A stretch of 64,000 nucleotides of DNA, from NCBI GenBank assembly GCA_045837725.1, contig JBEWZL010000202.1:1-64000 (forward strand), read 5' to 3'. Positions within the stretch are counted from its first letter, which is position 1. Each line of letters begins with the position of its first letter. Below, piece after piece: positions 1-12,189 of the stretch. Origin of the DNA: Vermamoeba vermiformis. Lineage: Eukaryota. Below the pieces are notes generated by a model, which ran no database searches, was not told the origin of the DNA, and saw nothing but the letters and a program-made list of their open reading frames with translations. Made by a program: the position numbers and the translations under genes.

Positions 1-923
1 GTACATGCTGAACTTAGTTCTTGGTTTGTTCAGGCCTGCAATATCACACAACATTTCCCATCAAACCATCAGTATATGCTGCCTGTAGCTAACATATCCA
101 ACCTTCTAATATGGTGATTACATTGTTTCCCAATCTCCATTGGCTGGAAGCTGATACTCATAGAAAGCTCATACCAGTGTACTTTTTATGCACTGGAGCA
201 AACACAATTAAATTTCATTAATTACTACCAAAGCACTGTCCAAACTCTGAGGCTCAGGCCTTTCTCACTTTGGACCCCAAGCATTTTTGGGCAGGAGAAC
301 CTCCTTAAGGTGACTTGACCTTCAGTATTCATAATGATACCTACACCCTGCATTGAAGATAAATTTTTGTCTCAGTTCTTTAAAGATTCTCTTTTTTTTC
401 TCATTCTGTGTATGTTCTTTCTGCTGTTGTCTCATTCTACAAGCTATTGTGATCGACCTTGCTATGCAGGAGTGCTTCATCGACTCCTTTTGCAGAAGAA
501 AGAGAAAAAATCCGGGTTGAAAACCCATACTCAGTTCCAGAGCTTGGTAAGAAAGCAAACCTTTAAATCACCTTAAATTATCCACAGTCATGTGACTACA
601 GTTTGGTCCTATTATCATTTTATTTCTGGGAGGACATCCCCTCTGCCAAAAATTTTGCTTCCGTCTAGGGACGTTGCGGAGGTTGTCTTGCTCAATTTGA
701 GCAGGATGTCTGGATTTGACAGGGTGTACGCCGTCACTAGGAGCTTGGCCAGGAAGGGAACCATCAAACTCATCTAAAATATTGGTATCCACTACAATTG
801 TTGCTTCAGGCTTGATCGGAGGATGGCCAATCCAGCAGTGTGGATGACATAGCCAGCCAAGGTGAGATGTCCAGCGGCTGAGTTATCCAGCCGGGACAAG
901 TCTTATGTCCCAGACAAGTAAAA

Positions 924-997
924 ACTTCTGGATAAGTATATGGAGGGTTTGCAAAGGACTTCTGGATAAGTACATGGAGGGTTTGCAAAGGACTTCT
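924..997 (+). repeat. 34-bp tandem duplication
   Basis: acttctggataagta(t/c)atggagggtttgcaaagg twice, plus partial acttct. Confidence 0.9.
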
Positions 998-1740
998 TTC
1001 TGCTTTGGGTGACCATAATGTATCGTGTAACCACCCTGCAATTATGAACCTACTACCTGAAAAAGCAACAAAGATGCAAGTATGTGAATAAGAATAATTG
1101 CTACCTCTAGGCAGATGTCCCGTCCGGCAAAAATTTTTCGTCTAATAGAGTGAGTCCGTCTGGGGTCGCTGCATCCGATGATGTTAGTAATTGACCAACT
1201 TATGCCAAACGTTGTTATTAGCACCAACGTACCCAAGAAAGGCTACTATTGGAATCAGGAGGCTTTGGACTAAGCGCTGGAGGCTGAAAATGTCATTGTT
1301 CTGCAAAGAACTTAAGTACCAGAACTTTGTTCTATATGCTGCAATACCATTTAAACTTGGAAATACCTAGAACTATCACTGCATAACAAGAAAATATGGG
1401 TAATCCTCAAAGATATTGTAGCCAGCAATTTGTAAAATTTCAGCATTTAGTATGAACCCATCCATCAGCACCGGTACAACCAACTATACGTATTTTATGC
1501 ACCACTGAAATTTGGCTACAATTCACTGTCACCTAACTGTCCAAATTTTTTTGCATCATTCATAGTTTTTTATGTTGTAACTTTGTCCAGCTGGTGGCAA
1601 ACCGTTTTGTAAATGAAAGGATATGCTTTATCATATACATGGCATATAGAAATCTTGTTAAAATCTTCGTACTATATACATCAATGTATGGTTGGTGGAA
1701 GTGCGGTCCATGGTGGTGTCCAATTTTTGCCGGACGGGAC

Positions 1741-1815
1741 GTCCGCCCTGGGATTTGAACCCAGGACCTCAGTGCGGTTGACAGTTTTTGTCCACCTTGA
1801 GCAGGTACCGGCCAT
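1741..1815 (-). pseudogene. tRNA-like remnant / tRNA-derived SINE-like copy 1
   Basis: Minus strand GAGGTC-CTGGG-TTCAAAT-CCCAG is a perfect T-arm/B-box; the D arm, anticodon arm and acceptor stem do not fold. Confidence 0.45.
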
Positions 1816-1836
1816 ACAGCTAAATAAAATCGGGAA

Positions 1837-1926
1837 TGCCGGCTGGGATTTGAACCTGGGACTTGCACTCCTGCCTCTGGATAGCCAAAATGCTCCACAA
1901 TAGCTGAGCTGAGCCAGACCGGCCAT
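1837..1926 (-). pseudogene. tRNA-like remnant / tRNA-derived SINE-like copy 2
   Basis: Minus strand GCCGGTC-TGGCTCAG (A-box-like)...GGTTCAAATCCC (B-box)...GCCGGCA; partial acceptor stem; same ATGGCCGGT start as copy 1. Confidence 0.5.
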
Positions 1927-2074
1927 CTTCCATCCTGAGTTGGCATGGGTATCAATGTTTTCTGCCTGGTAGGTTTGCCAGCGTTTTGTTGTTCCAATGG
2001 GAGTTGGAGTTCTTCAAAGAACACCAGTCTAAGGCCTTGTTTTGCAGACACTACTTCAATATATCCATGTTTCA

Positions 2075-2127
2075 GCTATCTGGAGGGAAATGGGTTAGCA
2101 AAACAGTCCCATGTTCAAATCCCACCC
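2075..2127 (+). pseudogene. tRNA-like remnant copy 3 (inverted)
   Basis: GCTATCTGGAGG...AGTCCCATGTTCAAATCCCA aligns with copy 2 GCTATCCAGAGG...AGTCCCAGGTTCAAATCCCA. Confidence 0.4.
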
Positions 2128-2352
2128 TAATTTCATGACTTGTTACATTTCGCCAAAAGGTCTCAAGACACACCAAAGGGTGTCATAATCTGCTTGGTGG
2201 CAATTTGTAAGGAAAACTGATCGAGATTTTATTGACTACTACTCCGCTGCTCTACATAGCTTTGGCCTGCCCAGTTGAGAGTTGCTTGGCTCTCATCCAC
2301 GCCATTGCTGCACTCGTGCCCTGCCTGTGCTCCTATATATATAACTATATAC

Positions 2353-3246
2353 CTAGTGCTCATCTCTCGGACTGTCTTCCATCAAGTAGCTGTTGTACGC
2401 ATTCATCAGTGTGCCGCTGCTGTCACTGCGCTTGGGGCCTTCAGTGCGTGGCCAAGCGAATGGCGAGGTCCACATGATGGTGGCACACAACAGATTGGCA
2501 AACAGTGTCAAGTAGTGTGCCCATATGAACAGCGGGGACTTGTCTCGTGCGCGCGATATCACCCAAGTGCAGTTGAGTGAGCTGAGTGTCAGGCCTGCAG
2601 CCACACCCACAAAGTGACCGCTGAACAGTCCCAGCGCGGCCAGTGCTTTGGGCCAGGTCGCGGATGCGGCGAACAACCACGCGTCAGTGATGAAGGAGCT
2701 CAGTGACAGTGTGCCGCGCTGTGGTGTGCGTGCCGCGACAGCAGTGACGCGTGTGAGTGGTGCGACAGTCGCGCCCTTGGTGAGCGAGACAGCAGAGCGG
2801 ATCAGTTGACTCTTGTTGTGCTGGCAGAAGTGGATGAAGCGTGTCCAGAAGTGTCCCACGCACAGCAGCACATTGGCCAGTTGTGCCACGCGGCGCGAAT
2901 ACTTCTCGCGGCCCCAACGACGCTTGCGCACGGCAACACGCTGCAGCTCCAAGGTGACGGTGCGCAACTGCCGCTCGAGCTCGCTGATGCGCTGTTCCAA
3001 GAGCTGATAGAACACTCCTGCGTGCTCTGAGGGTAGTGTGAGTTAGTAGTGATTGGCAGTGACTGATATTATTAAGATACAGTCATGTGTGCAGTAAGAC
3101 ACGGATGTACTCGAGGATATTATTGAGAATTTAATAGGGCAATGTCTAGCGAGTCCAATCGCTTCATTAATTAATACAGTACGTACCATCATGATCGAGC
3201 GCAGAGGTCGATTTGATGCGTCGCAATGGAAATTCTTCAGCTCCAT
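2353..3246 (-). CDS. hypothetical protein, coiled coil plus C-terminal hydrophobic segments (spliced; 5' exons uncertain)
   Basis: 220-codon ORF with coiled coil LEQRISELERQL and TM-like segments; branch point and acceptor near 3030; candidate first exon 3187-3246 followed by a GTACGT donor. Confidence 0.55.
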
Positions 3247-3427
3247 CTAAGCTACTAAGCACGTCTGTCATGCTTAATACGCGCTATATTTGCTATAAAT
3301 ATGAATTAATATGCACCTCTATGGGGTGCAGATAATGTTATAGTCGCAGCTGTGTGTGAGTGCTGCGAAGTGAAATTGAATTTGTTTTTTTGCAATCACA
3401 TCTAGCCAGCAACACCACAACGCGACG

Positions 3428-4292
3428 ATGAGTCAGAGCAACACTACGAGCAATGTATATAGCAGTGGTGCGGGTACTCGTCGTACAAGCAATGCCGCAT
3501 CTTTAGGTACACAGCGAGCGACGTCAGATGTGGAAGAGAAAGAAGAGCGCGCACTAGAGCTGCAAATACGACTCGTGAGTGGCGACAAGTTCACTATTCA
3601 CGCCAATATAGAGGACCTCGTGTGGGATGTCAAGCAAAAAGTACGTGGCAGATCTGATCGCAGCAACACAGCTGCACTCAGTACCATTATATATAGACCT
3701 GTTATTAACAACCTCGCTGCAGATCATCGCGCACCAACACTACACGAACAAACAGCTCAAGCTGATCCACTCAGGCCGCGTGCTGCTCGATCAACACAGC
3801 TTGCAGCAGTCGCGCATCACGCACCACACCATCCTGCACTGCGCAGTGAGCGAGGCACTCGACACTACTACTACTGCACCACCACACGCACCGCACGACG
3901 AACAGTTGCTGCGCGGCTTCGATCGACTGCGCGCCATGGGGTTCAGCGAGGCCGAGGTGCAGGCAGTGCGCACTCAGTTCGTGCAGGCCCAGCTCAGCAC
4001 GCACGGCACCCCGCCCACTAGCGACACACTGCTGCAGCTCGAGGAGAACTGGATCGAGCACGAACTCACGCCCGAAGACCGTCAAGTGGCCGCAGCACAC
4101 GCGCACGAGCACACCCAGCGCGAGGGGAGTGGTGCGCAGCTGTTCAGTGGCATGCTGACTGGCTTCGTGCTCGGACTGCTGGCCCTGTGCTGGCTGTGGG
4201 ACTCGAGTCTGACGCGCCAGGGCAAGTTTGGACTGCTCACTGGCCTCGGACTCAACCTGCTGTTCGGTCTCATACGCCTCTCGTCGCTCTAG
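3428..4292 (+). CDS. DSC3: DSC E3 ubiquitin ligase complex subunit 3-like (UBL + UBA-like + 2 TM)
   Basis: Exons 3428-3640 and 3723-4292; ubiquitin-like domain (LKLIHSGRVL), RGFDRLRAMGFSEAEVQAVRTQF, LEENWI and two C-terminal TMs. Confidence 0.8.
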
Positions 4293-4323
4293 TCTCGCCT
4301 CCTCACTCTAGTCTCGCCTCCTC
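4287..4323 (+). repeat. 19-bp-period tandem duplication spanning the DSC3 stop codon
   Basis: ctctagtctcgcctcctc twice. Confidence 0.8.
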
Positions 4324-4512
4324 GCTAGCGGTGCAGAGTGGCATCGATGTAAATAAGGGCTGGGGGAGTGTAGCGGATCTGTTCCGTCCTGTGTGAGTGC
4401 GACGCTGTTTATTGATTCGCTTGTATACACATTCACAGCTGTGCTTGTAATATATAAAGGGTGTTATAGTAATGGTGTTATAATCACAGTGTTGTCATCG
4501 ATTGGGGTTATG

Positions 4513-4856
4513 TTATCTCTTCTTGGTACGACTGATCTTCTCTTCCTGCGCGACAATTAATTCAGAATAATTATTATATGTGTGCTTATAGTGCTAATGA
4601 GCGGGGTGTGTATTAAATAATATGAAATAAATTGCAGATAAATTGTAATAATTAAATTAACGACAGATCCAGCTCGTTCTAATAACTACAACCACAGACG
4701 TACTCTAAACAAAGTGTGTTGTCGCAATACAGGGTCATATTTGCGCAGCAGTAGCTTGTTCTGATTGCGCACGTTCTTCTTGGTCGTGTAGAAGAATCCA
4801 GTGCCCGCCAGCGAGACGAGCTTGACCACGAGTGTCTTCACCTTGCCGCGTGCCAT
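4513..4856 (-). CDS. MRPL33: mitochondrial ribosomal protein bL33m
   Basis: Exons 4856-4704 and 4545-4513; [28 protein letters not shown]...[25 protein letters not shown]. Confidence 0.93.
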
Positions 4857-5049
4857 GAGTGTTGTGAGTGCAAGGTGTGTATTATAGTGCACCTAGTATT
4901 GATGTCACTGCGCTGCTGTGTGAGCTCAATGCTCGCTTGTCAATCAGGGCCAGAGTCGTTCAGTGAACAGATCTAGCTGCATTCAGTATTGTTATTGGAG
5001 CTCAGTCACCACACGCCCTCGTGTACATATATACATACATTGCAGCGCG

Positions 5050-7033
5050 ATGAACAATCTCTTCTCTAACGTGCTCAGACGCTCCATCTCGCGCAGAGTG
5101 GGCACTAAGCGCCACTACAGCACTCAACCTTCCAAGCCCAACACTACGAACACTACTGGTACTACTACTAGCACTGGCTCGAATGCTGCTTCGAGCTCTG
5201 CCAAGCTATCAGCCAAGCAAATCCGACGTGAACTGTTGCGCGGCAACAAAGTGACCAAAATTGCCTCTGTGGCCAGTGTATTGACTTTTGCAGGAGCTAC
5301 GGGCTATTATTTATATGGTACTGTATTATGGAGATATTATCAGAATATTTTTGATTTTTATTTTGCTAATTGAATTATCTATTCTAATTTGAACGCGAAT
5401 TGATGTACTCATTCACCCGCTTTTAATGGTGTTAATATCAAGTGTTAGTCATTTTAAACCATACAAGTTTCCATACCTCAGAAAGATACTTAGATCCGTA
5501 TTGCCCTAGTACTGACGCGTGTTACTAAATATAGACTGGGGCAACACCCCCGAACAGCGCGAGCGATCAGTGGCGCGCATGTTGTCCACCGATGCCAGCA
5601 CTGAAGCACAACTCGAAGCGCTGCTCTCGCTCTACGCGGGCTCATCCAGCACCAAGCGCACGTTCAGTGGCCGCGTGGTACTCGAATCACGCCTCGTCGA
5701 TCAGATCGATCACGTGCCTCGCGTGCTGGCACTGCTGGCACTCCCCGAACTCAATGAAGATGCACGTGACTTGGCCCTGGCCTGGCTGTCACGTGTCTCG
5801 CACAACAGCACGACTGCCGCGGTGTTGCTGACCAAGCTCGGCGCTGATGGTCTCGCGCACCTCGCTCGACTCGCCGTGCCCTCGGAACAAGCTAAAAATA
5901 GCGCGCACGATGATTGGCGCGCACACCGCACTTGGATCTTGGCTGGTCAAACATTGGTCAACTTGTCGCGCACTCACGCCGCCGAATTGAGTGCTTCGGA
6001 GGATGTGGTGACAGCTGTCAATGAATTGACACGTGTCACTTTGCCATCTGCAGCGCTGATTGGTCAACAACTCAACGCGCGAGTTAAAAATAGAACGCAA
6101 GGCAATCACGCTGTGGACCGTGCGCTGCTCGTGCTGGCACACGAAGCACGTGACGAGATGTTCCGCAATCCCAGTGTCAATCTCGCGCGCGCTCTCCGAT
6201 CACGTGACTTGAGCGAGACTCCTCAAGAACGTCACGTGACTTCAGAGCTGTTGGTGCGTTCAGTGCGTCACGTGCGCTCGTGGTACCACACGCTGCTGCA
6301 CACCCCTGACACTGCAGTGCCACGTCACGAGCACGTGCTCAACTCCCACTCGGCAGTGTACGGCGCCAATCTCGTCAATGTGCTCACCATCGGCGTGCTC
6401 GGCACACTCTGGGGACGCGTCATGTGGTGGTTGCGCGGTGGTGTCAAAGCCGCTGCCAGCAGTGCCATCACTCTCAGCGAGGTGGCACCGCTCGTCAAGT
6501 CCCGTCACGTGGGCACTTGGCTGACAGTGTTGCTCGGCACTGATCTCGCACTCAGTCACGTGCTGCGCGCTGCCTCGTCGACCAATCTCTCTTTTGACTT
6601 CTCACAGCTGCCCACCCTCAACGAACTATTTCCTAATTTGGTCAAGCACTTGAATGACTGGAGCAATGTCGGCAAACACTTGAGCAGTCAATACGAACAC
6701 GTGCCCATGGTGAATGTGTTCCCCATCGTGCAGGCCTCAGTCTTCACGCTCGGCACGCTGTTCTTGATCCGCACGCAGCGCTACGTCGTGTTCCCGCTGT
6801 GCTTGGCCCTGGCCTGGAATCAGCGCGACCTCGTGATTGGCCGCGACGCTGCTGGTGCCACCAGCCACTTGATCGTCGCTGCCAGTAATGCTGTGCGTGC
6901 ACTGACACGTGGCAAGAACACGACACCTGTCAACAACGCGCCTGTCACTGAAGAACCGCGCGAAGAGAGTCACGTGACAGCTGTTTCAGAGAACAGTGAC
7001 GTCACTGAAGAGGAGAAGAAGAGTGACGAGTAA
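5050..7033 (+). CDS. probable mitochondrial membrane protein, helical/ARM-like, function unknown
   Basis: Exons 5050-5317 and 5535-7033 join in frame; Arg/Ser-rich presequence (MNNLFSNVLRRSISRR), N-terminal TM and further C-terminal hydrophobic segments. Confidence 0.7.
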
Positions 7034-7152
7034 ATGACATGTTGACACGTGTCAAACACTGGTTCATGAAACACACACATATGTTGGTTGTATGTACATC
7101 GGGGGGTATTTATAGCACATCAGGATAAATAGTATTATATTACAAGTCGCCA

Positions 7153-8998
7153 TCAAAATTTGAATCGCAGCACTTCACCGTTGAACGACACGCAGTACAA
7201 TTCAGGCAAGTACGGGTGCCAGCTGACATCGCGCACCACGGCATCAGAGGCGTGCAGGCGTTGCACGAGATTGCCTCCGAGATCGTAAATGTACACTGCG
7301 CCGTCTGCACTGCCCGTGTAGAGATAGCGCTGGCCCGTGCTGAACACTGGCGAGAAGTCGCAGCGAATCAGTGAGCGCAGCACGGCATGTCCATAACAGG
7401 AAGTCACCGATCGATCACGTGAATCGGAAGTAGCTCCGATGGGGTGCGGATAGTTCATCATGCGATAGTCCCACTTGGTGCGCGCTACTTTGTTGGGCCT
7501 GTCGTCAATGTTGCTGTCACATTTGCGCTTGACAGGTGTCACGCACAAGTCACTGGCCATCTGTTGCAGCACGAGACCGCACACCTCTTTGATGCACCGA
7601 TCAGGCGTGGTCGACACACTCGGACAGCACGTGCTCTGTGGGGCACTGACAGGCGCAGTCACAGCACGCAGCGCACGCAAGTCCCAGAGCTTGAGCGACT
7701 GGTCCTTGGCATTGCTCAGCAGATAGTGCCCGTCACCCTTGGAGGCGAGGCACGTGATGCCCTCCGTGTGGCCCGGCAGCGTGAGTGCTGCAGTGGCGTG
7801 ACAGCGCTTGTCCCACACCTTGATGGTCGTGTCGTCGCTGCCCGTGACGAGCAGATTGGTGGCACAGGGATAGAGATAGGTGACTGCATTCACCTCGTCG
7901 CTGTGTGCCTTGAGCTTGGTGGTGACGAGTTGTCGCTCGAGATCGTACAAGTACACGCAGTCGTCGCTCGCACCGCTCAACACCTCGCGATTGTCACCGC
8001 TCAGACGCAGCGACAGCAAGCTGAATCCGCCCCACACGCAGCCCTTGCTGAAGTCGAGCGAGTCACGGAACGGTGTGCCCGTGTCGTGGTGCAGTGCGAG
8101 TCCGATGAAGTGCAGCACGGGACTGAGCGAGGCGTAGATCAGGAACTTGTTGTTGCTGGCCATGCGACAGTCCGTGATGGACCACTGCCACGGATTAGTA
8201 GCTGCATATACATAGACTAGTTTGACTGCTACGTACTCGTCCTGGTTCACCGCGCACGGACAAATAAGGGGCCAAGCGCGTGTTTGAGTCGTCAATATCT
8301 TGCATCGCATCCGCATCGCAAGGTGCATTGGTGGGTGCAGTGAGTGGTTTATATAGACGTATAGTCCAGTCCTGGCTCGCTGTGTAATATACATCGCCGC
8401 GCGTACTGAACTTGCCTGTGTAGCTGCGAGACAGATGTGGTTAGCAAGCGATTCATCAACGGAGCGGAAATGACCTACCACTTGGCAGGATGTATGTCCA
8501 TCAATTCAGGGCCTTGGCGCGGCACTAATTGCTCGCTGATGTTCAATTGCAGCGGATCTGCGTACCGCCGTCGTGTCGCGTCGCTGCTGCTGATCATCTT
8601 GCGCTGCGTGCACTGACGACTAGACAGGGTGTTAATACACGCAAATACGTCCTTGCGCGCACTAGTTGCATTGAATAGACACGTACCTGGTCAACATGCG
8701 ACAGATGTTGCGCTCTTCTTTCGGAATTCCCGAGAACTCGCCTGATCGCAATAATCGCTCGCGTGTCTCGTTGTTTTTGTGCAGCTGTTCCTCGCTGATA
8801 GTGTAGGGCACTGCACTCACTGAACTCGCAGTGCTGGGGGTGTAAATAACGCGGTTAATAATAATTATAATAATATATTCCGATAATAGGGAATTTAAAC
8901 TACAATGACACCACCATGTACGGCACAATCAATACGTGGAAATATGTGCAGGATAATACATACCAGTTGTTATTCGAGCCTGGACAGTTGTTACCCAT
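7153..8998 (-). CDS. DCAF11: DDB1-CUL4-associated factor 11 (WDR23/LEC14B) WD40 protein
   Basis: WD40 repeats with family motifs WDYR and GHAVLRSLIRCDFSPVFSTGQRYLYTGSADG; multi-exon; probable start MGNN at 8998. Confidence 0.88.
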
Positions 8999-9423
8999 CA
9001 GATCGCAATAGCGCAGCACATCTGCTTCAATCAATTACTTTGCTTTGGGGATTCAATGCACGACCAATGAGTGTCGTGGCGTACTGAATTGTTGTTCAAT
9101 GAATGTCAGTAGTTGAAAATAATGAGCGCTGCTGCAATTTGCACTTTTCAGCCAAGTTCAGAAGTTCTGAAAAACAAATTCTTGGCTAAGATCCACACCT
9201 CACGATGTGCTGCATGAGAGTATAGCACGATGATGATGGTGATCGCGGTACTCCACGGCCGTGTCGGTTGCGCGAACAATCTCGTTCGAATTCTCCGATC
9301 AGATCTGTTGCTGTGAAAAAAAGAATTTTAAAATCAATTTTCAAAGAGCGACGAGCACCAAAGCAGTGCCTAGTGTTGTATATATATATATATCATATCG
9401 ATCGCAGTAATGTACAGTGTATA

Positions 9424-11896
9424 ATGTCGCACCGAGAGCGCAAACAGCCCCGAGCCCATTCAGACGATCACGAAAACGTTAAGACTGTATTGGAACAGAT
9501 CAGCTTTGAAGAAGTGTCCCCGCGCAGTGCAGAGCAGGGATATCATAGTCAGCATAGTAAAGGTACCTTGAGGTGGATGCAGCCACTTGACGTTAATTGG
9601 AACTTTAAACCAATTATTAGCGTCATTACATGCCACTACGATTATAATATTACGACACGTTATAATCGCGCATGGAGCGTCATTATTAATATTATAACTG
9701 TGATTTATTTGAATTGAAAAATAACAATTATTGTATTTTTATTAGATCAAATCAAATCACCGTCAATGACGTCCAATAGCAAGGTAATTATTACTAATAC
9801 TGCACCAATTATTGAAATAAGCGCTTGCATTAACAAGTAATCGCATAGGAGGATTACGAGTGGCAGTTATTGATAGTTCGAAAAGCGGTGTCAAACCCAC
9901 ATCTGGTTGAACAAGGAGCATCAGTAGGGACTATGAATAACAACCAATTAAAATCATCAAAATCAGACCCCAATCAGCTCGACGAAACTGGATTTGATCA
10001 GCCGAATTGGGCTGCACAACAGAAAAAGCTAGCGATGCAGCGAAACAAACACAAACGGGTGCACAGCAATGAAAAAGTAAGCGGCATAATATTAGTAGTA
10101 TAGGATGATCACCCGAGTTTGATTGGCGGTGAGATTGTGCGCAGGATATGCAGCGAGATTAACGGGAGATTGTTTTTGAAATTATTGCAAAGATTATAGT
10201 AATTCACTGAATATGACTCTGTCAGTGTTCTGCGATGTCTAAGAGCTAACACGTAACTATAGGTCCCCATACCTCCCATGTTAAACGAATCCAGCAAGAA
10301 GTGGAACAGCAGTGCGCAGCTGTCCCGCGAGACAAGTCAGCCCGAGAGTGCAGAGAGCAGCGACAGCAGCGAGGAGGTGTTGGACAACGTCACCATCATC
10401 AAAGTACGTCGCACGCAGTCCAGCGGTGTGCTCGCAGTCACGCATCGCAGACACCAATCAGCACCGCGACAGATGGGCGTGTCTAAATTTAGACGCATGA
10501 CTGACCCTGGTTGTGACGTGCACACCGAAGAGGACGAGCACGTGACTGATGCGCGCACTGGACAGGGTCTCGATGACGGCGTCAACTTGGCAGATCCCAT
10601 CTCCCTCGCCGCACAGCCCCGCCTGATTCGCGTGACTAATAAGGCAAAGAGGAAGACACGCCACGCCACACAACAAGTCCAAAAAAGGAAATCACGTGAT
10701 TTAGACGACGACAAATCGAGTTCAGGGTCGCACTACGGCAGCAGTGACTCGGATCATGAACGCACGCTGTGGGAACTCGACGAGAGTGCGGCACAGAGCA
10801 GCAAGCACGAGGTGTCGCACGCGAGTCTGTACAGCAAGCACATTGAGCCCATTCTGCGCCACACGCAACAGCTCATGTCCACGCTGCACCTGGACGACGA
10901 CGATCAAGACGAGATTGAGATCACGCGCTTCACTGTCGGACACAGCGCCGAGCATCACGAGCACGCTGCGCACAATGCACTCAACGACGAGGAGCGGGTA
11001 TGTAGTCACGTGATTGCGAGTTCAAACTAGTTCATGCACTCACCACTGCGCAGTGTCCAGCGCCAGATCCGATAGCCATGCTGTGCGGTGACATGATGTC
11101 CAATCCAGACTCGCCCATCAGTCCCAGCACCAGCGACGACGAGTACGAGGAGTTGGACCGCGCGCCGACTGTCAACATGTCACGTGCACCGCCACGTGCC
11201 AGCAAGAGCAATCTCCTGCTCACGAGATCACGTCCCAAATTGAGCAGCGAACCCTCGCAGAGTTCACTGAATGTCAACACCAGCACGAACACCAATGACA
11301 GCTCGGTGGCACCTGGCACGCGTCCTCAACTGCGTGTCAATCTCGCCTCGATTCATGAACACCGTGAAGCGAGTGTGTCGCAGGGAAATTTCTTCCTGCA
11401 CACTGATCGCCGCACACTTGCAACGGGCACTTCGGCCATGCGGCAGATGTACAAAACCTCGCGCTCCTTGCCGAAATTTCACGTCAAGCCTGTCGAGCCC
11501 GAGCACGTGATGAATGTCCCGCAGCCCGTACCCGTGCCCGTGAGCAGCGTGCCAGTGAGTCAGACTCAGCCTCTGACCACACCGGAGCAGTCACCGCGCA
11601 TCAAATTCACGATGAGCACGCCGTACTTTTCGAGCACGCAGCGCATGGGCCCAGCGAGCGAGCAGAGTGCAGTGCCGCATGTACATAACAGTCTCACCAC
11701 GCACCACTCGCTCGCGTCACTCACCAACAACGCGGTCATTCCCTCGCCGCGCAGATCTGCGTTTGTCGTGCCCGCGCGACTGAGCACACCTCGTGCCTCC
11801 CTCACCGATGTACATAGCCACACGAGTCCTAGTGTCCCTGTGAATAGTCCCAACACCGCGCTCAACAGCAGCACTAGCGACCACGCGAACAGTTAG
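9424..11896 (+). CDS. hypothetical Ser/Thr/Pro/His-rich disordered protein (multi-exon)
   Basis: Successive long ORFs (9870, 10278, 11078) linked by GT-AG introns; low complexity; no domain recognised. Confidence 0.6.
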
Positions 11897-12189
11897 CCCA
11901 GCCACCAACCACTGGGGTATTGTATTAATAGCCGCGCAGAGTCAGTAAAAACGACTTTGTAACACTCTACCTCGCACTGTGCGTTGAATTTATGCAGTCG
12001 ATCGATGCGTCCATCACCACATCCACCCTCCGATTGACAGGTTGAATGACATGCCAAAAATTTCACACATTGCGGTTGGTCTATGATTCTGAGCTCGAAA
12101 TTGCTGATTTGTGCACAGCCGACAATTTATTTTATTTAAATTCGCAAACTGAGGGCCATAATAGGGTCCGTTAGTTATTAAAGTCAACC

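Larger units (their letters stand above)
1..2230. repeat. CpG-depleted, decayed repeat/TE-like zone with no credible intact ORF
   Basis: No CG seen in the first ~450 nt, unlike the CG-rich genes that follow; contains a dispersed ~24-bp repeat (633, 1114, 1722 inverted), a tandem duplication and tRNA-like remnants. Confidence 0.55.

Noticed and set aside
924-997. CRISPR-like 34-bp repeat
   Set aside because: Only two abutting copies, no spacers, no cas genes, eukaryotic context
1741-1926. Functional tRNA genes
   Set aside because: B-boxes are present, but the acceptor, D and anticodon arms do not form a canonical cloverleaf
322-2130. Short ORFs in the first 2 kb as genes or transposase
   Set aside because: No domain motifs or coherent exon chain
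7444-8220. Long antisense ORFs (also 16821-17456, 29240-29707, 36374-36889 and others)
   Set aside because: Shadows of GC-rich real genes on the opposite strand or frame; no recognisable motifs
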